From NCBI GenBank assembly GCA_034926865.1, contig JAYFQP010000006.1:67297-131296 (forward strand): a stretch of DNA of 64,000 bases. The letters are read 5' to 3'. Below are positions 29,840 through 37,764 of this stretch, piece by piece. The DNA is from Clostridiaceae bacterium (GTDB lineage Bacteria > Bacillota > Clostridia > Oscillospirales > Butyricicoccaceae). The notes beneath the pieces were generated by a model. The model had not been told where the DNA came from and ran no database searches. It was given only the letters and a program-made list of their open reading frames with translations. Positions within the stretch are counted from its first letter, which is position 1; every line of letters starts with the position of its first letter. A program made the position numbers and the translations under genes.

Positions 29840-30155
29840 GTATCCTCCTTCCTATCACATTACACCTCCTGCGCTGTGCTTCGGAAAGTTTACCCATAGC
29901 AATGTGAAGCTGCCTGTAACTTTCCATCTTCATCAGAAGGTCGGCGGGATCATTCACAACGGAATATCTCATAGCTGTGTCTGTCAAACCGTCTATGAAA
30001 TCCGTATAATCAAGATACCGCCTGTCTTGCCGCCTTTGGGACTGGATTTGCCGGGTGGACTGTTCAAGCAGTTCCTTAACCGGAGTTGAAACCTCAACAC
30101 AAATCTCGCTCCCATTGGCGGTTTTATATTTTATCGTAACTAATAGCTTGTCCAT
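29840..30155 (-). pseudogene. conjugative-element sigma-70 region-4-like gene, truncated
   Basis: MDKLLVTIKYKTANGSEICVEVS..RQDRRYLDYTDFIDGLTD..LSEAQRRR matches the N-terminal two thirds of the small sigma/HTH proteins that precede serine recombinases in clostridial ICEs. The HTH part is absent, and reading runs on into recombinase DNA, which produces the artefactual 289-aa ORF. Confidence 0.55.
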
Positions 30156-30563
30156 TGTTTTTCCTCCATTCATCATGTGGCGAATTGCTTCGCCGGGTTG
30201 ATAGGTTGACGAATGGAGGGAGGTGTGGAACGACAACCGGGGCCAAGGCCCCGCCCTGACTTCGCGCTAACTTGGCCCGAAGCGATAAAGTAATCTGTTT
30301 TCGGCTGGGTCACATTAGGCCGCTATCCTTGTTTAACGGCCCGGCGCGTTGGCTTGAATTGGCATAATAAAACACAGCGATACCTCCTTTGATACCGCCG
30401 TGTCCTTAAAATAGGGCAATTTTAATACACCCTCCGTGATTCTATTTTTTGAAAAGGAAAACGGCGGCTTTGAATATTGATTTCAAAACCGCCGCTCACA
30501 ATCGACTACGCTCTATCGTAATATAACCCTGTCGTTGAAACAACGGTTATATGCGTTGATGGC

Positions 30564-31190
30564 CTATATAGGCGTTGAGCTGTATGTATAACTTGCGTTT
30601 GCCTTTCTATAGCCGTCATTTTCCTTTGCGCTCAATTCGGATTCAATCTGTGATAAACGCTGTTCCAAATCCCTACGCTTTTCCTCATCATCGCGGACAC
30701 TGTTCAACTGCTGTTGAATCTGCTGTTTCTGTTCTTTCAGCTTCTTGATTTCAGAGTCAACTTTGTCGGTATCAACCCTACAAAATAAACCTCCTTTTTT
30801 GTCGCCGGGTTTTTCAGGCCCATCACCTTTTTCCGGCAGTAGAGCGTCTATATCCGGGCCCGATACGGTTTCGGGTGATTTACCAGCCTGTTCTTTTCCT
30901 TGCGTACCATCGGCTGGTTTGCTTTGTTCGGTTGAATCGGGGCGGTCGAAAACAATCCGCTTATCTCCGTTTTCGTCCGCTTCCAATCGGTAAAGACCGG
31001 GGGTTTTTTCAGCCTTTCCATCGCTTGGGATATATTCGTCACGATGTAGGGCGGATGACTTAGATTGCTCCGCTTTTTCGGCTTCCTTTGCCTTATCAGC
31101 GGCGTTTATAGGCTTGTTTTGATCTTCTTCTACTTTACTTGCGTAGGGGTCTGGGCGAGAAACGCTATTCCCAACTGCTCCTATTGACAT
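30564..31190 (-). CDS. hypothetical protein with a low-complexity N-terminal part and a FlxA-like C-terminal coiled coil
   Basis: 208 aa. Lys/Glu/Pro-rich region followed by EIKKLKEQKQQIQQQLNSVRDDEEKRRDLEQRLSQIESEL. Confidence 0.5.
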   Translation of the reverse strand: MSIGAVGNSVSRPDPYASKVEEDQNKPINAADKAKEAEKAEQSKSSALHRDEYIPSDGKAEKTPGLYRLEADENGDKRIVFDRPDSTEQSKPADGTQGKEQAGKSPETVSGPDIDALLPEKGDGPEKPGDKKGGLFCRVDTDKVDSEIKKLKEQKQQIQQQLNSVRDDEEKRRDLEQRLSQIESELSAKENDGYRKANASYTYSSTPI

Positions 31191-31258
31191 AAGAAATCCT
31201 CCTTTGCTATGTGATATAGTAGTACCTACTTACAATTATAGGGATGAAAATGGCTCAT

Positions 31259-32581
31259 TCAATGGGTTTGTTGTGAAATGCCCTTAGATTGTTGTGGAAT
31301 GACGAATAGGGCGTTGAGTTTGAATGTACCATCGGCAATTTCGATTTCAACCTTTCCGTTGTACTTGTGAAGCACCGCCTGTATATTGGAAAGCCCAATC
31401 CCCGCCGTCGGAAGTTTTGTATCTACATGACAGCGGTTTTCAATATTCAAAAGATAGATATTTCCTTTTTGGCTGCCCGATAAACGAATCCCTCTATCCT
31501 GTTCGCAGACCTCCTCGTTTGCAACGATGGCATTATCAAGCGCATTGGATAAAACAATGCACCAGTCCATATCGTTCACGCCGCTCTGTTTTGGGATATG
31601 CACGGAACAATCAACATGAATCTCTTTTCCCGCCGCAATCGCCAGTTTACTGCCTAACAAAGCATCTACGGTTACATTTCCGGTCTGTATCGGAAAGGAC
31701 AGGGTATCGGATACGTTTTCTAACTTCTCCAAATACTCTTGCGCCGCACTCGGTTGATTTTCTTTGAGCAACTGACGCAAAACAAGGAAGTGGTTTTTAA
31801 TGTCGTGCCGGAACGAACGGGTCTGCTCATACCGTAGGCTTGATTCCTTTACATAAACCTCTTGATTCTGCGTTTGTTGCTCTAAAAGTCGAGCCCTCTG
31901 CTCATGCTCAATGGATTGGAGCAATTTCTGATACGTAATGAGGGCGGAAACCAAGCCTCCACAGGCAAGCAGACGCAAGGATACTATTTGAAAACTGTTT
32001 ACTTTTGGAGAAACCAAGCCTTGCGCACTATCCCAAATAACTACGTTTCCATAAATCGAATCGGATAGGAACGCTCCGACAAAGGTAATAAACAGAATAG
32101 GCACAAGCAGTACAAGCAGGGTTGGTTGCCGTATACCCCCAATACTGCTTGGAAAGTAGCTCAATATAATGCGGAAAGTCAAAATTAAAAGAATGATAAT
32201 TATTGCATTTTGAAAGTAATCCGCAAATCTCAGTATTGTCAGCGAATTGACACTTGAAATTACCCAAAATGTTAAAGATGTCATTGTTCCGGTTATAACG
32301 TTCTCTACGGAAATTGCCAATGATGATATGACAGCCGCTTCCGTAAATCTGCACTTTTGAAAGAGCCCACCGCAGATAGCCAGCAGAAGGATTCCTAAGA
32401 GGACATAAAAAAACTCCCCTACCCACCACGAGTATCGGCAAAAGGCCAGACCACATGAAAATACCGAATACAGTACGCCCCAATACCAACGAAAAGCCGT
32501 ATTACATAGACGGCAGAAGTAATAGTACAACAGCATGGAAATTATGCCGGAATAGAGTAGCGCCAATATTATTGAATCCAT
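31259..32581 (-). CDS. AgrC-like (HPK10) membrane sensor histidine kinase
   Basis: About 6 N-terminal TM segments, H-box FRHDIKNH, N-box LSNALDNAI and G-box GIGLSNI. Confidence 0.8.
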   Translation of the reverse strand: MDSIILALLYSGIISMLLYYYFCRLCNTAFRWYWGVLYSVFSCGLAFCRYSWWVGEFFYVLLGILLLAICGGLFQKCRFTEAAVISSLAISVENVITGTMTSLTFWVISSVNSLTILRFADYFQNAIIIILLILTFRIILSYFPSSIGGIRQPTLLVLLVPILFITFVGAFLSDSIYGNVVIWDSAQGLVSPKVNSFQIVSLRLLACGGLVSALITYQKLLQSIEHEQRARLLEQQTQNQEVYVKESSLRYEQTRSFRHDIKNHFLVLRQLLKENQPSAAQEYLEKLENVSDTLSFPIQTGNVTVDALLGSKLAIAAGKEIHVDCSVHIPKQSGVNDMDWCIVLSNALDNAIVANEEVCEQDRGIRLSGSQKGNIYLLNIENRCHVDTKLPTAGIGLSNIQAVLHKYNGKVEIEIADGTFKLNALFVIPQQSKGISQQTH

Positions 32582-32586
32582 CTACC

Positions 32587-33294
32587 TTACGTTCCCTTCT
32601 TTTTCATGTATGACATCATGGCTTCCATAAACTCCTGATGTTTGAGCCTTGAAACCGGAACATATTCTTTGTTTTCCAACTCAATCTGCCCGCCACCGTA
32701 TTCCTTCATATAGTCCAAATTGACAAGATAACTGCGGTGGCAACGTACAAAACGGTAATCAAGCTGTTTCTCCATATCTTCCAATGTGCAGTAGTATTCA
32801 ATAACGCCGTTTTTCGTATGAAGATACATTTTACGGTTAATCACTTCACAATAATAAATGTCCTCCAACTTGACCGTCTTGCACCAGTTCATAGTCTGAA
32901 CAAATAAGGACTTGTTTTCATTTTCGTGAAGTTTTCTTATGGCTCTATCCAAGGTTTTATGTAAGCGCATATCAACAATAGGTTTACAGATATAGTCAAA
33001 AGCCTCTACCTCAAAGGCTTCATAAACACGCTCTGACAATGCGGTTATAAAAATAATCGCACCCCGGTTTTCGTTCTCCCTTATTTTTTTTGCGAGTGTG
33101 ATACCGTCTTGCTCCGGCATTTGTATATCCAAAAAAAATAGGTCAAAGGCGCAAGACGTTTTGAGCAATGCAGCAGCACTAAAGAAGCATTTAATTTCAT
33201 AATGCTCTTTTTGGCTGTCCATATAGGACGATATTTTTTTCTCTAAAATTTCATGTGCGACCTTTTCATCGTCGCATATCGCAATTTTTACCAT
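32587..33294 (-). CDS. LytTR-family response regulator
   Basis: Receiver domain (ICDDE..FLDIQMP) plus a LytTR DNA-binding domain (FVRCHRSYLVNL). Confidence 0.85.
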   Translation of the reverse strand: MVKIAICDDEKVAHEILEKKISSYMDSQKEHYEIKCFFSAAALLKTSCAFDLFFLDIQMPEQDGITLAKKIRENENRGAIIFITALSERVYEAFEVEAFDYICKPIVDMRLHKTLDRAIRKLHENENKSLFVQTMNWCKTVKLEDIYYCEVINRKMYLHTKNGVIEYYCTLEDMEKQLDYRFVRCHRSYLVNLDYMKEYGGGQIELENKEYVPVSRLKHQEFMEAMMSYMKKKGT

Positions 33295-33366
33295 AGTCTT
33301 ACCCCTACCACTAGACGGTATAATACATACCTATCCCTACTATTTTTTCAAATTATATAAGCAGTT

Positions 33367-33726
33367 TCAATGGCTTTGTCGCAGAATGTCATTCCAATGC
33401 TGTGAAATGTTGAATTGCCCATCTACATCATTATATCTGATGACCCCGATATCCTCAAGAAAGTCGGATGGCATACATGAAAAACTTTGCTTTTCCGATG
33501 TTCCGCTAAACTGCAAACAGGGCAAGTGTATTGACACTTGCACATTTTTGAGATTCTCCCTGACGGGAAAATTCAAAAATTGCTTGTTGGGGAGTGCCTT
33601 TCCCAAGGGTTCTTCCGGCCTGTCCTTATCAGCTTCATGTAGAACAGCTCCGTCCTCATGGGAAAGTGCCGCTGTTTCCTCGGCGGTCTTTACTTCGTCC
33701 GGCTTGTTTGGCTCATTTTTTGCCAT
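33367..33726 (-). CDS. hypothetical protein (119 aa)
   Basis: ORF with a GGAGG RBS and an acidic N-terminal half. No recognisable family. Confidence 0.4.
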   Translation of the reverse strand: MAKNEPNKPDEVKTAEETAALSHEDGAVLHEADKDRPEEPLGKALPNKQFLNFPVRENLKNVQVSIHLPCLQFSGTSEKQSFSCMPSDFLEDIGVIRYNDVDGQFNISQHWNDILRQSH

Positions 33727-33855
33727 GCATTTTACCTCCGGTCTGTTTTATGGCAACAAAAAAAGGCCTGATTTTTAATCAAGCCCAACGGGATATTTGC
33801 AATCCCTCCTTTCCACTTCGGGCCAAGCTGACCCGAAGTTCCGCTATCCAGATAC

Positions 33856-33888
33856 AAAAACACCGCCTATCTTGTCCAATTAGGCGGT
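33856..33888 (-). terminator. intrinsic terminator just inside the right end of the element
   Basis: ACCGCCTA / TAGGCGGT stem with a T-run on the minus strand (A-run 33856-33860 on the plus strand). Confidence 0.6.
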
Positions 33889-33960
33889 ATCCTGTGTAAT
33901 GTGATAGCTCATATTTTATTTTGGTATTTCCTTATCCCGCATGGAATAAGGGTTTTTGCA

Positions 33961-33972
33961 GTTTTCCTAATA
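33961..33972. repeat. right terminal inverted repeat GTTTTCCTAATA
   Basis: Perfect reverse complement of 29331-29342. It lies 9 nt from the stop that ends the proximal DUF1538 fragment. Confidence 0.6.
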
Positions 33973-33980
33973 CGTTTGGC

Positions 33981-34121
33981 TTATATGGCTACAAGACCAA
34001 AACTGTCGCTTTGTGAATGACGATCACCTTGCGGCATAGAGAAGCCTATACCTAGTGCCATTATAAAAGGAACCATTATGGGGTCTGTGGTCACTCCTAC
34101 GGAGTCGAAGAACACAATGTT
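33981..34121 (-). pseudogene. DUF1538-like membrane protein gene, proximal fragment
   Basis: Translates to NIVFFDSVGVTTDPIMVPFIMALGIGFSMPQGDRHSQSDSFGLVAI followed by a stop, close to the conserved AFDSGGVTTGP..VPFI.ALG..DSFGLVAL core of DUF1538. The N-terminal ~150 aa are absent, because the fragment abuts the MFS terminator. Confidence 0.55.
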
Positions 34122-34130
34122 CGAGGGCAA

Positions 34131-34167
34131 ACGCAACAAAAAATGCCGCGCGTTTCAAGGCGCGGCA
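34131..34167 (-). terminator. intrinsic terminator after the MFS transporter gene
   Basis: TGCCGCGC / GCGCGGCA stem followed by a T-run on the minus strand. Confidence 0.75.
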
Positions 34168-34189
34168 CTATTTGTTGTTATACTTTTGT

Positions 34190-35500
34190 TTAAGCTTTAA
34201 GGCTGTCCTTTTTCTTCAATATGAAGTATCTTACTGCAAAAAGGCTGGCTGCGAAAAGCCTGCATACGCTGGAGGTGAACATGGTATGAACAACGCCTAT
34301 TCGGGTATACAGCGCAACGCCAAAAAGAGGTGCTACAAAGTTTGAAATCTGCATTACCATGTTATAAATACCAATGTAAAGAGATTTGTTTTCATCAGGC
34401 AGATTATCAAGCATGTCGTTGAAAAGCCCCAGCTGGAAACCGGGAGATGTTCCTCCGCTAAACATGTAGCCTGCCATGATGACCCAAAAGTTCTTGGTAA
34501 CGGCCGTCAGAAAAGGGGATGTTGCACATGCAATCATACCGAGAACGGTAGAGCCCCTCGGGCCGAACTTATCTATCCTTCTGCCCCACCATGTAGACAT
34601 CATTGTCAAAGCCAGATATGAGAGAACATCAAATACACTTTTCGTTGCCTCGTTAAAACCTACATATTTAATGAGATACAGAAAGAACATGGGCCATGCC
34701 ATTTGCCATGAAAAATAAAAAACAAAAAGAAGCCCAAGAAAAATGCAGAACTGAGGATGGCCTTTAAGGCCCTTAATAGCCACAATAAAATCTTTTGGGG
34801 AAAGTTTACTGCCCGCTGAAGAGGGAGGCATAACATGTTCTGGACAGCAGGTTTTATTGATAGCTTTTCGCTGGAATACCGAGGCTATGAATGCTACAAC
34901 AAAAAATCCCTGATATGCCAGTATCTTCTGATCCTGAGTCTTACAAAGATAGCTTAATATAAGGCCGCCTGCCATAAGAGTAACTATAGGCACGGCATTG
35001 GTCATCATTTGTCTTCTGGCATAAGGAAGGGCTCTGTGAGAAGGAGAGTAAAGGTCGGAAAAATAGCTTTGCCAGGAGACTGTGTAGCATATATAAGGGA
35101 TATTCCATAAGGAAATGCCGATTATAAAGAACCAATATCCGTGGCTTCCCAAAAATGGCGCCATAGCGATAAGAGGAAGCACTACGCCGCATATGGTAAT
35201 TGCTGAGCTAAGGAACTTTTTTTTGTCTTTTACTCTGTCAATATACATTGAGGCAGGGAGCAAAACAAAGAGAGCGCAGAAAGACGGAAGGGAAGATATT
35301 AGACCTATGGCGACATCGTCGGCTCCCATTGCTGAAGCAAACAGCTGGTAAAAAGGGTTAGTGAGCTGAAGAACGATTCCGGCAAAGAGAGCCTCCGCCA
35401 TTATCATAAGCGTATTACGCTCTTCAAAGGCCAGATGCGCTTTGGCACTGCGCCTCATTTGATTTAAAAGACCCATAATAACACCTCGTGACTGCTTCAA
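34190..35500 (-). CDS. MFS transporter
   Basis: 436 aa with a 12-TM pattern. Confidence 0.75.
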   Translation of the reverse strand: MKQSRGVIMGLLNQMRRSAKAHLAFEERNTLMIMAEALFAGIVLQLTNPFYQLFASAMGADDVAIGLISSLPSFCALFVLLPASMYIDRVKDKKKFLSSAITICGVVLPLIAMAPFLGSHGYWFFIIGISLWNIPYICYTVSWQSYFSDLYSPSHRALPYARRQMMTNAVPIVTLMAGGLILSYLCKTQDQKILAYQGFFVVAFIASVFQRKAINKTCCPEHVMPPSSAGSKLSPKDFIVAIKGLKGHPQFCIFLGLLFVFYFSWQMAWPMFFLYLIKYVGFNEATKSVFDVLSYLALTMMSTWWGRRIDKFGPRGSTVLGMIACATSPFLTAVTKNFWVIMAGYMFSGGTSPGFQLGLFNDMLDNLPDENKSLYIGIYNMVMQISNFVAPLFGVALYTRIGVVHTMFTSSVCRLFAASLFAVRYFILKKKDSLKA

Positions 35501-35568
35501 TAAGTACCGTATACAGTCTCAAGCGTACTATAGCAGAAAGATGAGGGCAAGTAAAGAGTTATTTAATT

Positions 35569-36006
35569 CTATTTCCCAGCCAGAATATCTCTAGCAATCG
35601 CTATTGCTCCATCCACCATGACATGGCATCTCTGTTTGAGCTCAGGGCTTTCATTATATAGTTTTTTGCCTTCCGGGGTAGAGGTATCGCATCCCAATAG
35701 GTCCCGGCAGATTAAAGTTCCATATTGCTCGCGGAAGCGACGGTTGAACTCAGAATATTGGGCATAAGCATGCTCACGCGTTTCCTTATCTGTCATATCG
35801 GTATTGCCGTTAATCATGCCCATTGCCATAAGGGCTCCGGTGACTGCTCCGCATACCTCTCCTGCACGGCAGCCCCCGCCAAAGCCACAGCTTATCTTCA
35901 TGGCAACATCAGTGTCCAGGCCCACTTCATTCGAAAGTGATACTAAAACCGACTGTGCGCAGTTACATCCATTTTTCATAAGTTCTCTGCCAAAAAGTTC
36001 GCTCAT
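35569..36006 (-). CDS. C_GCAxxG_C_C family (putative redox-active) protein
   Basis: NGCNCAQSVL ... GGGCRAGEVCGAVTGA ... C-terminal Cys. Confidence 0.75.
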   Translation of the reverse strand: MSELFGRELMKNGCNCAQSVLVSLSNEVGLDTDVAMKISCGFGGGCRAGEVCGAVTGALMAMGMINGNTDMTDKETREHAYAQYSEFNRRFREQYGTLICRDLLGCDTSTPEGKKLYNESPELKQRCHVMVDGAIAIARDILAGK

Positions 36007-36253
36007 ATTCTTTCTCCTTTTAGGTATTTCTTTTAACCTGATAAGCTATATTATATACATCGTCTCAGTGTGTTTCAATATGGATAACTGAGAAGTTGTA
36101 ATTTCCTGACATTCAAATGCAGTGAATAAGGTATATAATGGCTCATATTAAGGGAGCATACTGCGTCGGGGGGCAAAACATCTATCTTTTATTTTGCGCA
36201 GTGGGGAATTTATGGATAAAACGACAAATCGGGACATTTTGCAAAGCTTAAGG

Positions 36254-36282
36254 TTGCAAAATAAGAGAAAATATAGTATTAT
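36254..36282 (+). promoter_or_regulatory. sigma-A-type promoter of the pur operon leader
   Basis: TTGCAA (36254-36259), 17 nt spacer, TATTAT (36277-36282). Confidence 0.5.
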
Positions 36283-36418
36283 TTAACTGTATTTAATAGA
36301 CTGCGTGGAGGCCTTGCGGACATGAGACTGTTTTTCAAATACGAAGTCATGGATGACGTCGGAATTGCAGATATCCGCGGGAGAGTTGCGTCCGGCATAA
36401 AGAATAATTTGTCATGAG

Positions 36419-36445
36419 AAGCACCCTGTCAAAAGGGTGCTTTTA
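36419..36445 (+). terminator. leader-internal intrinsic terminator upstream of purE (candidate riboswitch expression platform)
   Basis: AAGCACCCT / AGGGTGCTT 9-bp stem with a 6-nt loop and a T-run. It lies 100 nt upstream of the purE ATG. Confidence 0.65.
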
Positions 36446-36545
36446 GCTTATTGTTTTTGTGGATTATTTTGCCAAAAGTTATTAATTGAAGCAATTACAA
36501 AAATGCGAAATAAGTAAAAATCTGAGAAATCGAGAGGATAGGCTT

Positions 36546-37055
36546 ATGAAAAAGGTCATAGTTGTAATGGGATCCGATTCAGATCTTCAAGTTATGGAGG
36601 GCGCGATCAAGGTTCTGAGAAACTTTTCTGTCCCTTTTGATGTGAGGATAGTTTCCGCCCACAGAACTCCATCGGTGGCAGAGGAGCTTTCTAAAACTGC
36701 TGAATCACAGGGCGCAGGCGTCATTATCGCTGCCGCAGGCAAAGCAGCACATCTTGCCGGCGTTCTTGCTGCAAATACGGTATTGCCTGTCATAGGCGTT
36801 CCAATAAGGTCAAGCACGATGGACGGTATGGACAGTCTTCTTTCAACCGTTCAGATGCCCACAGGAGTACCCGTGGCGACGGTAGCCATCAACGGCGCCG
36901 AGAATGCCGCGATATTGGCTGTGCAGATTCTTTCGATGTGTGAGCCGCGTCTTGTGGAGGCACTTAAAAAGCATAAGCACGATATGGAGAAAAAAGTCAT
37001 TGAAAAAGACGAGTATATAAGAAAACAATACAGCATTATGGAGGTACAGATATGA
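36546..37055 (+). CDS. purE: 5-(carboxyamino)imidazole ribonucleotide mutase (class I-like PurE)
   Basis: [14 protein letters not shown] and [10 protein letters not shown] motifs. ATG at 36546 with a GAGAGGA RBS; the track start at 36486 is an extension. Confidence 0.85.
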   Translation: MKKVIVVMGSDSDLQVMEGAIKVLRNFSVPFDVRIVSAHRTPSVAEELSKTAESQGAGVIIAAAGKAAHLAGVLAANTVLPVIGVPIRSSTMDGMDSLLSTVQMPTGVPVATVAINGAENAAILAVQILSMCEPRLVEALKKHKHDMEKKVIEKDEYIRKQYSIMEVQI

Positions 37056-37762
37056 AAAAGCTTGAGCAGGTATACGAGGGAAAGGCAAAGAAGGTTTTTG
37101 CCACAGATGATCCGGAACTTTTTATCGTAGATTATAAGGATGATGCCACCGCATTCAACGGAGAAAAAAAGGGAACCATTGTCGGCAAGGGCGTTATAAA
37201 TAACAAAGTAACTAATTTCCTTATGCAGAAGCTTGAAAAGGAAGGCGTTCCCACACATTTTGTACAGCAGCTTTCCGATAGGGAGACACTAGTCAAAAAG
37301 GTATCCATAGTACCTCTCGAGGTTATTATCCGAAACATCTCCGCGGGATCCTTTGCAAAGCGCTACGGGGTAGTTGAGGGCATAGTATTCGACGAGCCCA
37401 CCATAGAGTTTTCTTATAAGAACGATGATCTTGGCGATCCCCTTATCAACGATTATCACGCGCTTGCTCTTAAACTTGCCACCGTGGAAGAAATCGAGAC
37501 TATCAAGAAATATGCTTTTGCCGTAAATAAGTTCCTCAAGGCTTTTATGAAGGATAACGGCATCGATCTTGTAGATTTCAAGCTTGAGTTCGGACGCCTC
37601 AGCAACGGCACTATTGTGCTCGCGGACGAGATATCGCCGGATACCTGCCGTTTTTGGGACAGCAAGACTCATGAAAAACTTGATAAGGACCGTTTCCGCA
37701 GGGACCTGGGACATGTAGAAGATGCATACCAGGAAATACTGCACAGGCTGATGGGAGAATAA
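37052..37762 (+). CDS. purC: SAICAR synthetase
   Basis: 236 aa beginning [13 protein letters not shown].., with the start overlapping the purE stop (ATGA). Confidence 0.9.
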   Translation: MKKLEQVYEGKAKKVFATDDPELFIVDYKDDATAFNGEKKGTIVGKGVINNKVTNFLMQKLEKEGVPTHFVQQLSDRETLVKKVSIVPLEVIIRNISAGSFAKRYGVVEGIVFDEPTIEFSYKNDDLGDPLINDYHALALKLATVEEIETIKKYAFAVNKFLKAFMKDNGIDLVDFKLEFGRLSNGTIVLADEISPDTCRFWDSKTHEKLDKDRFRRDLGHVEDAYQEILHRLMGE

Positions 37763-37764
37763 AC

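Larger units (their letters stand above)
29308..33980. mobile_element. decayed serine-recombinase integrative element (about 4.7 kb remnant) inserted in a DUF1538-like gene
   Basis: Flanked by the two halves of one membrane-protein gene. It has 12-bp perfect terminal inverted repeats and recombinase and sigma-like gene remnants at the left end. Confidence 0.6.

Noticed and set aside
29367-30236. 289-aa ORF as one intact gene
   Set aside because: Its three parts match different proteins and frames (sigma-like N-terminus, out-of-frame recombinase start, recombinase C-terminus). I treat it as pseudogene remnants.
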